IMG/VR virus record: IMGVR_UViG_3300032285_002884
Strand: one strand, 5' to 3'
Length of the DNA: 64,000 nt
Origin: a virus
The first letter of the stretch is position 1; each line of letters opens with the position of its first letter. Positions 1 through 7,638 of the stretch are shown piece by piece. Made by a program: the position numbers and the translations under genes. Under the pieces are notes generated by a model. That model was not told the origin of the DNA, did not search any database, and was given only the letters and a program-made list of their open reading frames with translations.

Positions 1-37
1 CTTCTCAGAGACACCACCTGCAGCAGGTTGGAGATAA

Positions 38-238
38 GTGATGGGTGCAAGAGAGGACATACACGAGCTTCGTGCAGTAATAGCTATGCACGATGTAGTC
101 TATGGCGACAGGATCAAGGAGCTCGAGTCCGTCATCCGTGAGATCCTATCGCAGATCGATCAGGGCGGGTCAGGTGGTAAGGTATTTGCTCGGGATTATT
201 GTATCGAGCGTGCACGTGATGTGATGGAGAAGAAGTGA
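38..238 (+). CDS. hypothetical early protein
   Basis: ORF with upstream GGAG, in a tightly packed + strand run. Confidence 0.6.
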   Translation: MMGAREDIHELRAVIAMHDVVYGDRIKELESVIREILSQIDQGGSGGKVFARDYCIERARDVMEKK

Positions 239-327
239 TGTACACGGTCACTAACACTTATTACGGCACAGGTGAGGGTCTCACGTACATGGTTCTGTTC
301 ACCAAGGGTTACGTGAATTTTAGCTAG
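238..327 (+). CDS. 29-aa small ORF (MYTVTNTYYGTGEGLTYMVLFTKGYVNFS), possibly a deletion remnant
   Basis: TGATG overlap with the previous ORF and GGAG upstream; fills the gap exactly. Confidence 0.4.
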   Translation: MYTVTNTYYGTGEGLTYMVLFTKGYVNFS

Positions 328-334
328 GAGAAGA

Positions 335-604
335 GTGATGAAGTACATCAAGAAGCCCATCCCAGTCGACGCGTGGCAGATCGACACGCTGGAGATCGAG
401 CACCAGGGGAACATCCCTGACTGGGTGCACGAGGCGCTGAAGGCTGATAGAATAATGAGAGGCTACAGGTGTCTTATCATACTCTCACTTGAGGGAATGA
501 TGGCTGCTCATGACGGAGACTACCTCATCAGGGGTCCCAAGGGCGAGTACTGGTTCAACAAGCGAGACATCTTCGAGGAGATGTACGAGCCGGTTGACAA
601 ATAG
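335..604 (+). CDS. conserved phage protein (PGDYG-like: KKPIPVDAWQ...GDYLIRGPKGEYW...IFEEMYE)
   Basis: Recognisable widespread phage family motifs; AGGAG RBS. Confidence 0.75.
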   Translation: MMKYIKKPIPVDAWQIDTLEIEHQGNIPDWVHEALKADRIMRGYRCLIILSLEGMMAAHDGDYLIRGPKGEYWFNKRDIFEEMYEPVDK

Positions 605-622
605 TCTGATGTGGTGTACTAT
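594..622 (+). promoter_or_regulatory. sigma70-type early promoter TTGACA-17-TACTAT
   Basis: Consensus -35 with 17-nt spacer. Confidence 0.7.
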
Positions 623-645
623 GGCTATATTAGCAATGGAGGCGG

Positions 646-891
646 GTGATGAGCGGCGGGCACTTCGACTACAATCAGAATAGGATCCTATACATAATCG
701 AGGACATCGAGCGTCTCTTTGATGGAGATGTAAGGTACAGCCCTGGGACTATGGTGGAGTTCGGTGAGGCCATACGTGCGTTGAAGATTGCTTATGTGTT
801 TGCCCAGCGTATCGACTGGCTGGTGTCTGGCGACGACGGCGAGGACACGTTCCACAAGCGCCTCAAGCAAGAATTATATGAGTTGAAGTGA
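646..891 (+). CDS. conserved phage hypothetical (MSGGHFDY...RIDWLVSGDDGE)
   Basis: GGAGG RBS; motif recurrent in phages. Confidence 0.75.
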   Translation: MMSGGHFDYNQNRILYIIEDIERLFDGDVRYSPGTMVEFGEAIRALKIAYVFAQRIDWLVSGDDGEDTFHKRLKQELYELK

Positions 892-1127
892 TGCACATTG
901 ATGGCTTCGTGATTGTGCCTCCTCTCAATCTTTGGGATGAGAAGGACAGAGAGACAATTATACCACGCATGTCTTATAATACTTTTGCTTTAACAGCAAC
1001 GGAAGCATGGGCTAGACACGCTCAGGTACAACCATACGAAGATGACTACTCCAGGAGAGTTCAAGCTTGGCATGACAATGGATACCGCCTCAGAGAAGCC
1101 ACACTAACTATCAAGGGAGTAGAGTAA
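888..1127 (+). CDS. hypothetical protein
   Basis: Overlap-coupled ORF. Confidence 0.65.
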   Translation: MMHIDGFVIVPPLNLWDEKDRETIIPRMSYNTFALTATEAWARHAQVQPYEDDYSRRVQAWHDNGYRLREATLTIKGVE

Positions 1128-1852
1128 TGATGCACAGCACGTACGACGAACAGAGAATACTAGACTGGATTGCTAAACGGGATGACGGCGAACACTTTAC
1201 GCGGGATACCGTAATCAACCACCTGTCTCCTATCAGCTTTAGTCTCGTCGACTATATCCTTGATCGGGAGGTCGAGAGGGGCAGCATATATCAGAGTGGC
1301 CCGACGGGTAAGTACTACATGAAGAAGGATTCTTATAGGATGGACACTGGAATTGAAGAGGCGCGGCGGGTAGTACACTGGATCGACATGCTGCGAGATG
1401 ATCGGACGTTCACGCGTAAGGACGTCTTTAATGAGTTGAACGGCGACGGCTTGCCCGTTCCGATGTCGGTGATCGACAACGTGCTGGACTGGCAGGTCAT
1501 CAACGGAAAAGTAGAAGTCGTCTCTAGCATGTCTAGCCTGATGCGCACCGTACTGAGGAAGGTCAAGAAAGTGGACAATGAAGTTCGTAGGCAGCTCGAC
1601 GAGATCGAGGCCCTCCTCAAGAAGATCTCCGAAAAGGTAGACGCGCTCCCCGACAAGAAGCCCCGTCTGTGGCGCCCGATGACCCACTCGACAGACCATA
1701 ACAGCCCCGCATTCTTCGCCGTCAACGGCAGTCTCATCGACGTCATGCTCGCGAGCGGCGAGGTGGTGACTAAGATGGAGCGCACTCGAGTCCCCGTGAG
1801 GGACTACCCCGACGACCCCAGGAACGTGATCGCTTGGCGGGAGTCAGAGTGA
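1127..1852 (+). CDS. hypothetical protein with two tandem winged-helix-like repeats and a coiled coil
   Basis: Internal repeat W(I)...FTR.(D)V....VD.(I/V)LD..V..G; RBS GGGAG. Confidence 0.65.
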   Translation: MMHSTYDEQRILDWIAKRDDGEHFTRDTVINHLSPISFSLVDYILDREVERGSIYQSGPTGKYYMKKDSYRMDTGIEEARRVVHWIDMLRDDRTFTRKDVFNELNGDGLPVPMSVIDNVLDWQVINGKVEVVSSMSSLMRTVLRKVKKVDNEVRRQLDEIEALLKKISEKVDALPDKKPRLWRPMTHSTDHNSPAFFAVNGSLIDVMLASGEVVTKMERTRVPVRDYPDDPRNVIAWRESE

Positions 1853-2088
1853 TGAGTGACCATTATGAGGAGCTCCCTCTCAAAGCGGTGGTGTCCATGA
1901 TCTACGAGGACGAGATCGAGAGTCTAAATGCCTTCAAGAAAGTGGTGAGGTTCATCTGCAGCGACAGCATTGAGCTGAGCTACGAGAAGGCCGTGCTGCA
2001 GCGGGACGACTGGAAGAAGCGCTGCGAGCATGCACTCGAAGAGTACCACAGCGCTGGAGGACGATACAGTGTCACAAGAAATGATTGA
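1852..2088 (+). CDS. hypothetical protein
   Basis: Coupled ORF; GGGAG RBS. Confidence 0.6.
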   Translation: MSDHYEELPLKAVVSMIYEDEIESLNAFKKVVRFICSDSIELSYEKAVLQRDDWKKRCEHALEEYHSAGGRYSVTRND

Positions 2089-2218
2089 GAAGTTCGCCAT
2101 CCGACTAGCCCTAGGCAACAACGGCGGCAAGTGGGCAACGCACTACAACGAGGATCAGAAGGAGCACTGGCGACAGTTCGTCCGTGACCTAATCAAGGAG
2201 CTGAGTGATGGACTTTAA
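2069..2218 (+). CDS. hypothetical protein (FAIRLALGNNGGKWATHY)
   Basis: GGAGG RBS before GTG 2069. Confidence 0.6.
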   Translation: MSQEMIEKFAIRLALGNNGGKWATHYNEDQKEHWRQFVRDLIKELSDGL

Positions 2219-2360
2219 GTGGTACTTCATCATGATGACGGTGGTCGCCGCGCTGATCTTCGGTGGGATCGGCGTCTCCGAGTGGCGCAAGATGGACTGT
2301 CGACTCTCGCTTGGTCAGGCAGGGCGTCCCGTAGCCGAGATCACGGAGATCTGCAAGTGA
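2208..2360 (+). CDS. 50-aa membrane protein (not in ORF track)
   Basis: AAGGAG RBS; MDFKWYFIMMTVVAALIFGGIGVSEW is one TM helix. Confidence 0.65.
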   Translation: MDFKWYFIMMTVVAALIFGGIGVSEWRKMDCRLSLGQAGRPVAEITEICK

Positions 2361-2650
2361 ACCGCCGCTCCCTATTTGGAATGTTCGCCCTCTCTCCCCT
2401 GATGGCGGTCTCTGCCTTCGCCAAGGAGGAGGCTTCCGGCGCTCCCCCGAAGCACGCGGTGAACCTCACACTGATGGGTACCGTCAAGGAGAAGAATCAG
2501 AACGACCTCATGTACCTCAGCAACGGTCCCGCCTCTAACCTCAACATGCCTGTCGACCCCAGCAAGTCCGTGGCGATGGCTGTGGGCGACGACGGCAGGC
2601 TCTGGCTCAAGTCTAAGGGCGGTCAGTGGAAGCGAGTGATGACGGAATGA
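2357..2650 (+). CDS. putative Tat-exported small protein
   Basis: GTG start gives MNRRSLFGMFALSPLMAVSAFA|K (twin-arginine motif plus AxA site). Confidence 0.6.
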   Translation: MNRRSLFGMFALSPLMAVSAFAKEEASGAPPKHAVNLTLMGTVKEKNQNDLMYLSNGPASNLNMPVDPSKSVAMAVGDDGRLWLKSKGGQWKRVMTE

Positions 2651-2826
2651 CTGAGGAGTACGTCGACGTTCTGGCACTGAGGGAGGAGGTTGCGGAGCTG
2701 GTCTCTCGTAACAGGTACCTCGAGCGGTCTCTCATGGACCTCAAGCAGACCATCTCCGACAAGGAGGACGAGATCTACCGTCTGACACAGAAGATCAGGG
2801 AGGGCCTCCGTGATGGAGAAGAGTGA
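2647..2826 (+). CDS. hypothetical coiled-coil protein
   Basis: ATGA overlap; heptad pattern. Confidence 0.6.
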   Translation: MTEEYVDVLALREEVAELVSRNRYLERSLMDLKQTISDKEDEIYRLTQKIREGLRDGEE

Positions 2827-3040
2827 GGTCAAGGACATCGCGTATAAGCAGGCGAAGTACGCCGTACTGGACATGCTGGCCGACTTGACTGTCTCTCATC
2901 ATATAGAGAGGGTCTCGATCACGGGGCACGGTAAGAAGCAGGTCTGTCTGGTGACCACGGTGTCGGTCGCCGGAAAGACAGTGAGCGCCGGGGCCATCCC
3001 CATTAGGGACCTCAAGGAAGTCTTGGACTACATGGAGTAA
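2810..3040 (+). CDS. hypothetical protein
   Basis: GGGAGG RBS. Confidence 0.6.
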   Translation: MMEKSEVKDIAYKQAKYAVLDMLADLTVSHHIERVSITGHGKKQVCLVTTVSVAGKTVSAGAIPIRDLKEVLDYME

Positions 3041-3089
3041 GGGCTCCAAAAAATTTCCGCACACCTATGTGGTAACAGAGGAAGAACAG

Positions 3090-3404
3090 ATGGACATTAC
3101 AGATCGACTAGAATCGTGGGCAGAGCAGTGTGAGGGTCCGCTGGACGACGACATCAGAGAGATCGTGAACGAGCTTCGAGTCACTCGAGCCGACCGCGAC
3201 CTCTGGATAAGTAAGACTCAGACGGCAGTCTGGTCTGACTCCGAGTACTGCAAGTTCTTGGAAAGAGAGCACCGTAGACTCTACAGCGTCATGTTCTCCA
3301 TCTCTACGGAAGAACTAGAAGTAGCGCCCGAGATGGTCAAGTTTCAGCGAGACGAGTGGCGTCGTCGAGCCAAGGAAGTAGCCGACGTAAAGATCAACGA
3401 CTAA
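3090..3404 (+). CDS. hypothetical protein
   Basis: GAGGA RBS; C-terminus resembles that of 1852..2088. Confidence 0.65.
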   Translation: MDITDRLESWAEQCEGPLDDDIREIVNELRVTRADRDLWISKTQTAVWSDSEYCKFLEREHRRLYSVMFSISTEELEVAPEMVKFQRDEWRRRAKEVADVKIND

Positions 3405-3419
3405 GTCAGGAGATATACT

Positions 3420-3632
3420 ATGTTTGAAGAAGAATACGAGACCACCGTAACCATGATCGCCACTTCTCGCAGCGACGATCCCGACTTTCCCAGTAACCGC
3501 GTGACCATCACCTTCGACGCCACTGACGCGCACATGAGCGTCATGCTCCGTAAGTTTCAAGACCTGCTCAACGCCATGGGATACGTCACGGACGGTCGTC
3601 ACCTCGAGCTGGTAGACGGCCACGCCATATGA
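3420..3632 (+). CDS. hypothetical protein
   Basis: AGGAG RBS. Confidence 0.7.
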   Translation: MFEEEYETTVTMIATSRSDDPDFPSNRVTITFDATDAHMSVMLRKFQDLLNAMGYVTDGRHLELVDGHAI

Positions 3633-4036
3633 GCGACGAAGTAGACGAGGCGGATCTCAAGCTCGTAGAGGCCTGCGACTACCAGACTAGGCTCGCGGTC
3701 ACCGCTTGGGTGTTCAAGAACGTCGTAGATCAGGCTCGAGAGGGTGGTTCTTTTCGATACTTGATCTACGATCGCCTTGGATTTGAGCCTGATGCCTACG
3801 TTCCTCTCTACATGGCGGGCGGGATGACTATCTCTAACGAGTTCGACCTCACGAGAGACGAAGAAGTCAGAGAAGTCGTGAGAGATAAGCGGATAGAAGA
3901 GCTAAAACCTCTTCTTGGGATGTGTGACGAGCCTGGATGCTTTATGACTGCCTCTAGCGGGTGGCCCGAAACCGCTCCAGAGGGTGAATCTAGGTATCGT
4001 CACACATGTTCCGCTCATTCTAAGCACGATAAATAG
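3629..4036 (+). CDS. hypothetical protein with C-terminal Cys/His motif (CDEPGC...TCSAH)
   Basis: ATGA overlap; possible Zn site. Confidence 0.7.
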   Translation: MSDEVDEADLKLVEACDYQTRLAVTAWVFKNVVDQAREGGSFRYLIYDRLGFEPDAYVPLYMAGGMTISNEFDLTRDEEVREVVRDKRIEELKPLLGMCDEPGCFMTASSGWPETAPEGESRYRHTCSAHSKHDK

Positions 4037-4062
4037 GTAGAAGATGACTTTCTGACGCTTTT

Positions 4063-4122
4063 TAGGATGAAAAGTGCGTGATTTTGCGACAAAAGTCGTG
4101 TTTTCACGCATTTTTTGACCTA
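4063..4122 (+). other. long intergenic inverted repeat/hairpin
   Basis: TAGG..AAAAGTGCGTGA..GCGAC AAAA GTCGT..TCACGCATTTTT..CCTA, downstream of ATAAATA at 4029. Confidence 0.55.
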
Positions 4123-4132
4123 GAGAGGCCGA

Positions 4133-4417
4133 ATGAACGTCGTAAAACACATAATCAAGATAGAGCCATACAGCGCAGCTGGGAAGACGACCATTGTCGT
4201 GCCCTCTAACTCGAAGTTTCTTGAGTTCTCGACAGATCATCACGGAAACATCGTCGCTTGGTTCCTAGAACCCAACTCTCGCGACCAAGAAGAGTGGACG
4301 ATCAAGCTCGCGTACCCCGGACCTAACAGACACGTCGACTACGACGACATATATCTCGGAATGCACGTCGAGGAGAACCTAGTCAGACACTATTTTGCGA
4401 CGATCCGCGACATCTAG
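4133..4417 (+). CDS. hypothetical protein
   Basis: GAGG RBS. Confidence 0.65.
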   Translation: MNVVKHIIKIEPYSAAGKTTIVVPSNSKFLEFSTDHHGNIVAWFLEPNSRDQEEWTIKLAYPGPNRHVDYDDIYLGMHVEENLVRHYFATIRDI

Positions 4418-4419
4418 GG

Positions 4420-4448
4420 TTGACATTTAATTCTCGTTGATATATAAT
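4420..4448 (+). promoter_or_regulatory. sigma70-type promoter TTGACA-17-TATAAT
   Basis: Perfect consensus. Confidence 0.85.
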
Positions 4449-4476
4449 GATAATATGATCAAACGTGGAGGTCAAT

Positions 4477-4671
4477 ATGTCTGGATACAAGTACGCGGTC
4501 AAGTGGGACGTCAAGTTTACTACTCCTAAGCACAGCCTCTATGGAGTCATCGTGACTAAGGAGTGCAAGTTCCCCGACGTATCGTCGGCGACTAAGTTTG
4601 CAATGCGTATTCAGGCTAAAGTCTTGTCTGGAGAACAGCTGATCGGTAAGCCGATCTTGGAGAATTTATAA
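4477..4671 (+). CDS. hypothetical protein
   Basis: GGAGG RBS. Confidence 0.7.
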   Translation: MSGYKYAVKWDVKFTTPKHSLYGVIVTKECKFPDVSSATKFAMRIQAKVLSGEQLIGKPILENL

Positions 4672-5015
4672 TGCAGGCACATTACAAGTATAACATCGGT
4701 ACTACGTTCTTCGTCCCTCGCGTTAAGGAAGACCACGAGCGCTTGACTACGGTAGTCGACGGTCTTGAGTACGAGCACATCAAGACCTCGTATCACCCAC
4801 ACGTTAAGCAGAAGAAGATCGTAGACGTTCAGATCCAGATCACCGAGCGCGACACTGCTGTCACGTACTACGTCGAGAACGTAGAAAAAAATGAGTACGA
4901 GTACGACATGGGCACGTACGTCGACGAGGAAGACTTGAACTGCTTCTCGGAGTACGAGGCCTTCAGGATAGCTGAGGAGTACGCAGCAAACGAAAAGACC
5001 TGCTACGACTACTGA
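4671..5015 (+). CDS. hypothetical protein
   Basis: TAATG coupling; GGAG RBS. Confidence 0.7.
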   Translation: MQAHYKYNIGTTFFVPRVKEDHERLTTVVDGLEYEHIKTSYHPHVKQKKIVDVQIQITERDTAVTYYVENVEKNEYEYDMGTYVDEEDLNCFSEYEAFRIAEEYAANEKTCYDY

Positions 5016-5287
5016 TTGACGGTCTTCTTAGCGCTGTCTATGTAGGTCTTGATCGACTCGATGCTTACCCTGCAGGTTCTGTTGTTTCTCTGCAGCGTGA
5101 CGATGATCCTAGCGACTTCTACGTCGGTCAGGGTCTCTACCTTAGGGTAGCTCGCCATGACTGGGCAGTTATACATGCTAGCTGGCGGCTCGACTACCGT
5201 GAACTTCTGAGTAGTGATTACTTGAGTTCCAGTCGACTGACAGGCAGCCAGTAGCAGGAACGCTGGAATTAAGAAGAGCTTCTTCAT
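5009..5287 (-). CDS. o-spanin (outer-membrane lipoprotein, Rz1-like)
   Basis: Lipobox LLLAAC; Pro/Cys-containing periplasmic part; follows a type II membrane gene. Confidence 0.75.
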   Translation of the reverse strand: MKKLFLIPAFLLLAACQSTGTQVITTQKFTVVEPPASMYNCPVMASYPKVETLTDVEVARIIVTLQRNNRTCRVSIESIKTYIDSAKKTVNQ

Positions 5288-5288
5288 T

Positions 5289-5663
5289 TTATTCTCCAGC
5301 CAGCTTCTTGATAGTCTTCTTAAGGACTTCAGATGCTGGTCTATTAGACTTCTGAGCTTCGGGTGAAGACAAGAACGAGTCGATTGAGTTGAACTTCTTC
5401 GTGATGACTTCGTTCTGTCGAGCTAGACTGTCAGACAGAGACTTCTGAGTATCCTCGATGGTCCTCATCTTGTTCTGAAAGTCTTGCTGGTCTTGGATTA
5501 CCTGTTCCAGCTGTTTCCGGTTATAGTCGGAGAGAGCTGCTGCCTCGATCTGGTGCTTCCAACCGATGTACCCTATCGTGAGCATACCGATCAGAAAAGT
5601 ACCTATGGCTAGATACAGCTGTATCTTACCAAAGTTAATGAAGCCTAATAAGAACTTTAACAT
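5289..5663 (-). CDS. i-spanin (Rz-like)
   Basis: N-terminal TM helix plus coiled coil; GGAGG RBS; late promoter upstream. Confidence 0.75.
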   Translation of the reverse strand: MLKFLLGFINFGKIQLYLAIGTFLIGMLTIGYIGWKHQIEAAALSDYNRKQLEQVIQDQQDFQNKMRTIEDTQKSLSDSLARQNEVITKKFNSIDSFLSSPEAQKSNRPASEVLKKTIKKLAGE

Positions 5664-5686
5664 GATAACCTCCGTGTCAGACCGGA

Positions 5687-5694
5687 TATTTATA
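5687..5694 (-). promoter_or_regulatory. T4-type late promoter TATAAATA for the spanins
   Basis: TATTTATA on the + strand. Confidence 0.7.
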
Positions 5695-5704
5695 GGAGAA
5701 ACAA

Positions 5705-5875
5705 ATGGAAGTAGTTGAGATCATTAAGAACGAAGACGGAAGCGGCGTGTTTCAATTCGACTTCACCGAAGAAGAGATGAAGATCTTTGCCCGCTACGGC
5801 ATCATCTACGCGCTGAAGAAGGCGATCGAGGAAGACGAGTTTAATCCTCAAGAGGAGACGACTGATGAAGGTTGA
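5705..5875 (+). CDS. 56-aa hypothetical (MEVVEIIKNEDGSGVFQFDFTEEE...), not in ORF track
   Basis: AGGAG RBS; open frame. Confidence 0.65.
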   Translation: MEVVEIIKNEDGSGVFQFDFTEEEMKIFARYGIIYALKKAIEEDEFNPQEETTDEG

Positions 5876-6527
5876 TATTGGACCGTACGTCTCTACATGG
5901 AGCACATATCGTGTCTATAGGAAGTGGCTCGAGTGGCGCTACGGCGAACACATCTTGCTGATTGAAGACGAAGACACCGACGCGTATGACTTCATCATCG
6001 AGAAGGTCCTCGACGCTTGGCAGGTCGTCCTAGACGCTACGATCAACAAGTTCATCACTTGGCGCGGTCGTCGTGAGAAGGTCCGCATCGACCCCTATGA
6101 TACTTGGAGCATGGACCACACCCTCGCCCTGATCATCGTGCCGATGCTCAAGCAGCTCAAGGTCACCAACCACGGCTTCCAGTTCACCGATCCCGAAGAC
6201 GCTCCCACTATCGGCAAGGGAGACGAGGTTGACTTCGGTCACTCTGACACTAAGGCGTCGGAGCGCTGGGACTGGGTCATGGACGAGATGATCTGGGCCT
6301 TCTCTCAGATCTCTAGAGAGTGGGACGACGGTGAAGAGACCTACTACGACAAGTACCAGCCAGACGAAGAAGTCAGTCGTGTAAAAGTCGGCGACAAATA
6401 CATCGAGACCGAAGAAGAAGCCCGCGAGCGCGGAAAGTTCAATCCCGATAAATACAAAGAGTACAACGACAGGATCGCCAACGGTCTTCGCTTGTTCGGA
6501 AAGTACTATCGTGGTCTTTGGGACTGA
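5865..6527 (+). CDS. conserved T4-like hypothetical (DPYDTWSMDHTLALII...GLRLFGKYYRGLWD)
   Basis: Motifs typical of T4-supergroup phages. Confidence 0.8.
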   Translation: MKVDIGPYVSTWSTYRVYRKWLEWRYGEHILLIEDEDTDAYDFIIEKVLDAWQVVLDATINKFITWRGRREKVRIDPYDTWSMDHTLALIIVPMLKQLKVTNHGFQFTDPEDAPTIGKGDEVDFGHSDTKASERWDWVMDEMIWAFSQISREWDDGEETYYDKYQPDEEVSRVKVGDKYIETEEEARERGKFNPDKYKEYNDRIANGLRLFGKYYRGLWD

Positions 6528-6531
6528 GGAA

Positions 6532-6741
6532 ATGGTTCGCGTAAGCAACATCCAGATCATCGACGAGGAGATCGTCTTGCAGGCAGCTGAGTTCCTCGGA
6601 GGAAACAGCGCCTTCACTAAGATGCTGGGTGTCGCGGACGAGTACAGGGAGGCAGACATGACTCCTATGTTCCTGCTTGACTTAGACAGCAAGTACGTGT
6701 TCTGCGTCGCCAAGGAAACGTTCAATAAAAAATTGAACTGA
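6532..6741 (+). CDS. hypothetical protein
   Basis: Open frame in the gene run. Confidence 0.6.
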   Translation: MVRVSNIQIIDEEIVLQAAEFLGGNSAFTKMLGVADEYREADMTPMFLLDLDSKYVFCVAKETFNKKLN

Positions 6742-6775
6742 GTCTATTGACTTTTTAGAAAAGATGACTAAATAA

Positions 6776-6838
6776 TATCATGGGTTGCCATTTGGGACCC
6801 ATGATACATCAACCTTGCCTTACAGGAGGTCTAATATG
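6776..6838 (+). promoter_or_regulatory. ROSE-like RNA thermometer in the hsp20 leader
   Basis: 5' hairpin TATCATGGGT/ACCCATGATA, then ACCUUGCCU-UAC-AGGAGGU hairpin masking the SD with a bulge. Confidence 0.6.
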
Positions 6839-7366
6839 AATAAGCTTTTTGATCACACCTTTGCTGAGCTCGACAAGTTCAACAAGTTCTTTGTCGGGAG
6901 TGACAAGTTCACGGAGCGCTGGAACGACGCCGTCAACCAGCTCGCCAACACCGCAGTCAACACTGCATATCCCCCTTTCAATCTCAAGAAGACAGAAGAG
7001 AACACGTACGTTATCGAGATGGCAGTAGCCGGATTCGGTAAGAACGATCTCGAGATGACTCTTGAAGATAACAAGCTCACCGTCAACGGAAAGACTACCA
7101 TCGATAATCTCGTAGCCGACGGTATTGAGCAGACCTTCCTCCACAAGGGCATCTCCGACCGCCCATTCACTCGTACCTTCACCCTCGCTGACAACGTCGT
7201 CATTAACAACGCGGCACTCGTAAATGGCCTGCTTAAGATCTGGCTTGAACACATTATCCCCGAGGATAAGAAGCCTAAGAAGATCGACATCACCGACGAG
7301 GAAACTTCAAACGTGAAGACTCCTCGCGCAAAGCAGCCGTACACAGACGAAGATAAGGTAAGATAA
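6836..7366 (+). CDS. hsp20: small heat-shock protein, Hsp20/IbpA type
   Basis: YPPFNL, YVIEMAVAGF, FLHKGIS.R.F.R.F.LAD and A.L.NGLL.I.LE motifs; start moved to the ATG after AGGAGG. Confidence 0.95.
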   Translation: MNKLFDHTFAELDKFNKFFVGSDKFTERWNDAVNQLANTAVNTAYPPFNLKKTEENTYVIEMAVAGFGKNDLEMTLEDNKLTVNGKTTIDNLVADGIEQTFLHKGISDRPFTRTFTLADNVVINNAALVNGLLKIWLEHIIPEDKKPKKIDITDEETSNVKTPRAKQPYTDEDKVR

Positions 7367-7519
7367 ATGTCAGACATCATAAAGAACGTTCGTTCTTGGC
7401 TTAAGCGCCAGGAGCGAGTACGAAGGACTATCTATGAGCTATCGTCTCTAAACGACAAAGAGCTATCAGACATCGGTGTCAACAGGTCAGACATCTATAG
7501 AATCGCTAGGGAGGTCTAA
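7367..7519 (+). CDS. DUF1127 (YjiS-like) small protein, 50 aa (not in ORF track)
   Basis: RVRRTIYELSSLNDKELSDIGVNRSDIYRIA matches the DUF1127 pattern. Confidence 0.85.
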   Translation: MSDIIKNVRSWLKRQERVRRTIYELSSLNDKELSDIGVNRSDIYRIAREV

Positions 7520-7520
7520 C

Positions 7521-7568
7521 ATGTGGCCATACACGGTAGACGAACTAGTGATAATCAACGGTAAATAA
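7521..7568 (+). CDS. 15-aa micropeptide MWPYTVDELVIINGK
   Basis: GGGAGG SD 6 nt upstream; ends just before the terminator. Confidence 0.45.
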   Translation: MWPYTVDELVIINGK

Positions 7569-7570
7569 TC

Positions 7571-7600
7571 AGAGGGGGGATCTTCCCCCTCTTTTCTTTT
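7571..7600 (+). terminator. Rho-independent terminator
   Basis: AGAGGGGG../..CCCCCTCT stem plus T-tract. Confidence 0.85.
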
Positions 7601-7603
7601 TGG

Positions 7604-7632
7604 TTGACAAATATCTCAAAACATGGTATATT
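7604..7632 (+). promoter_or_regulatory. sigma70 promoter TTGACA-17-TATATT; predicted +1 at the gp43 ATG
   Basis: Consensus spacing; extended -10 TG. Confidence 0.8.
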
Positions 7633-7638
7633 AACACT

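Noticed and set aside
6785-6835. TTG start giving an N-terminally extended Hsp20
   Set aside because: The strong AGGAGG precedes ATG 6836; the upstream stretch is the structured leader
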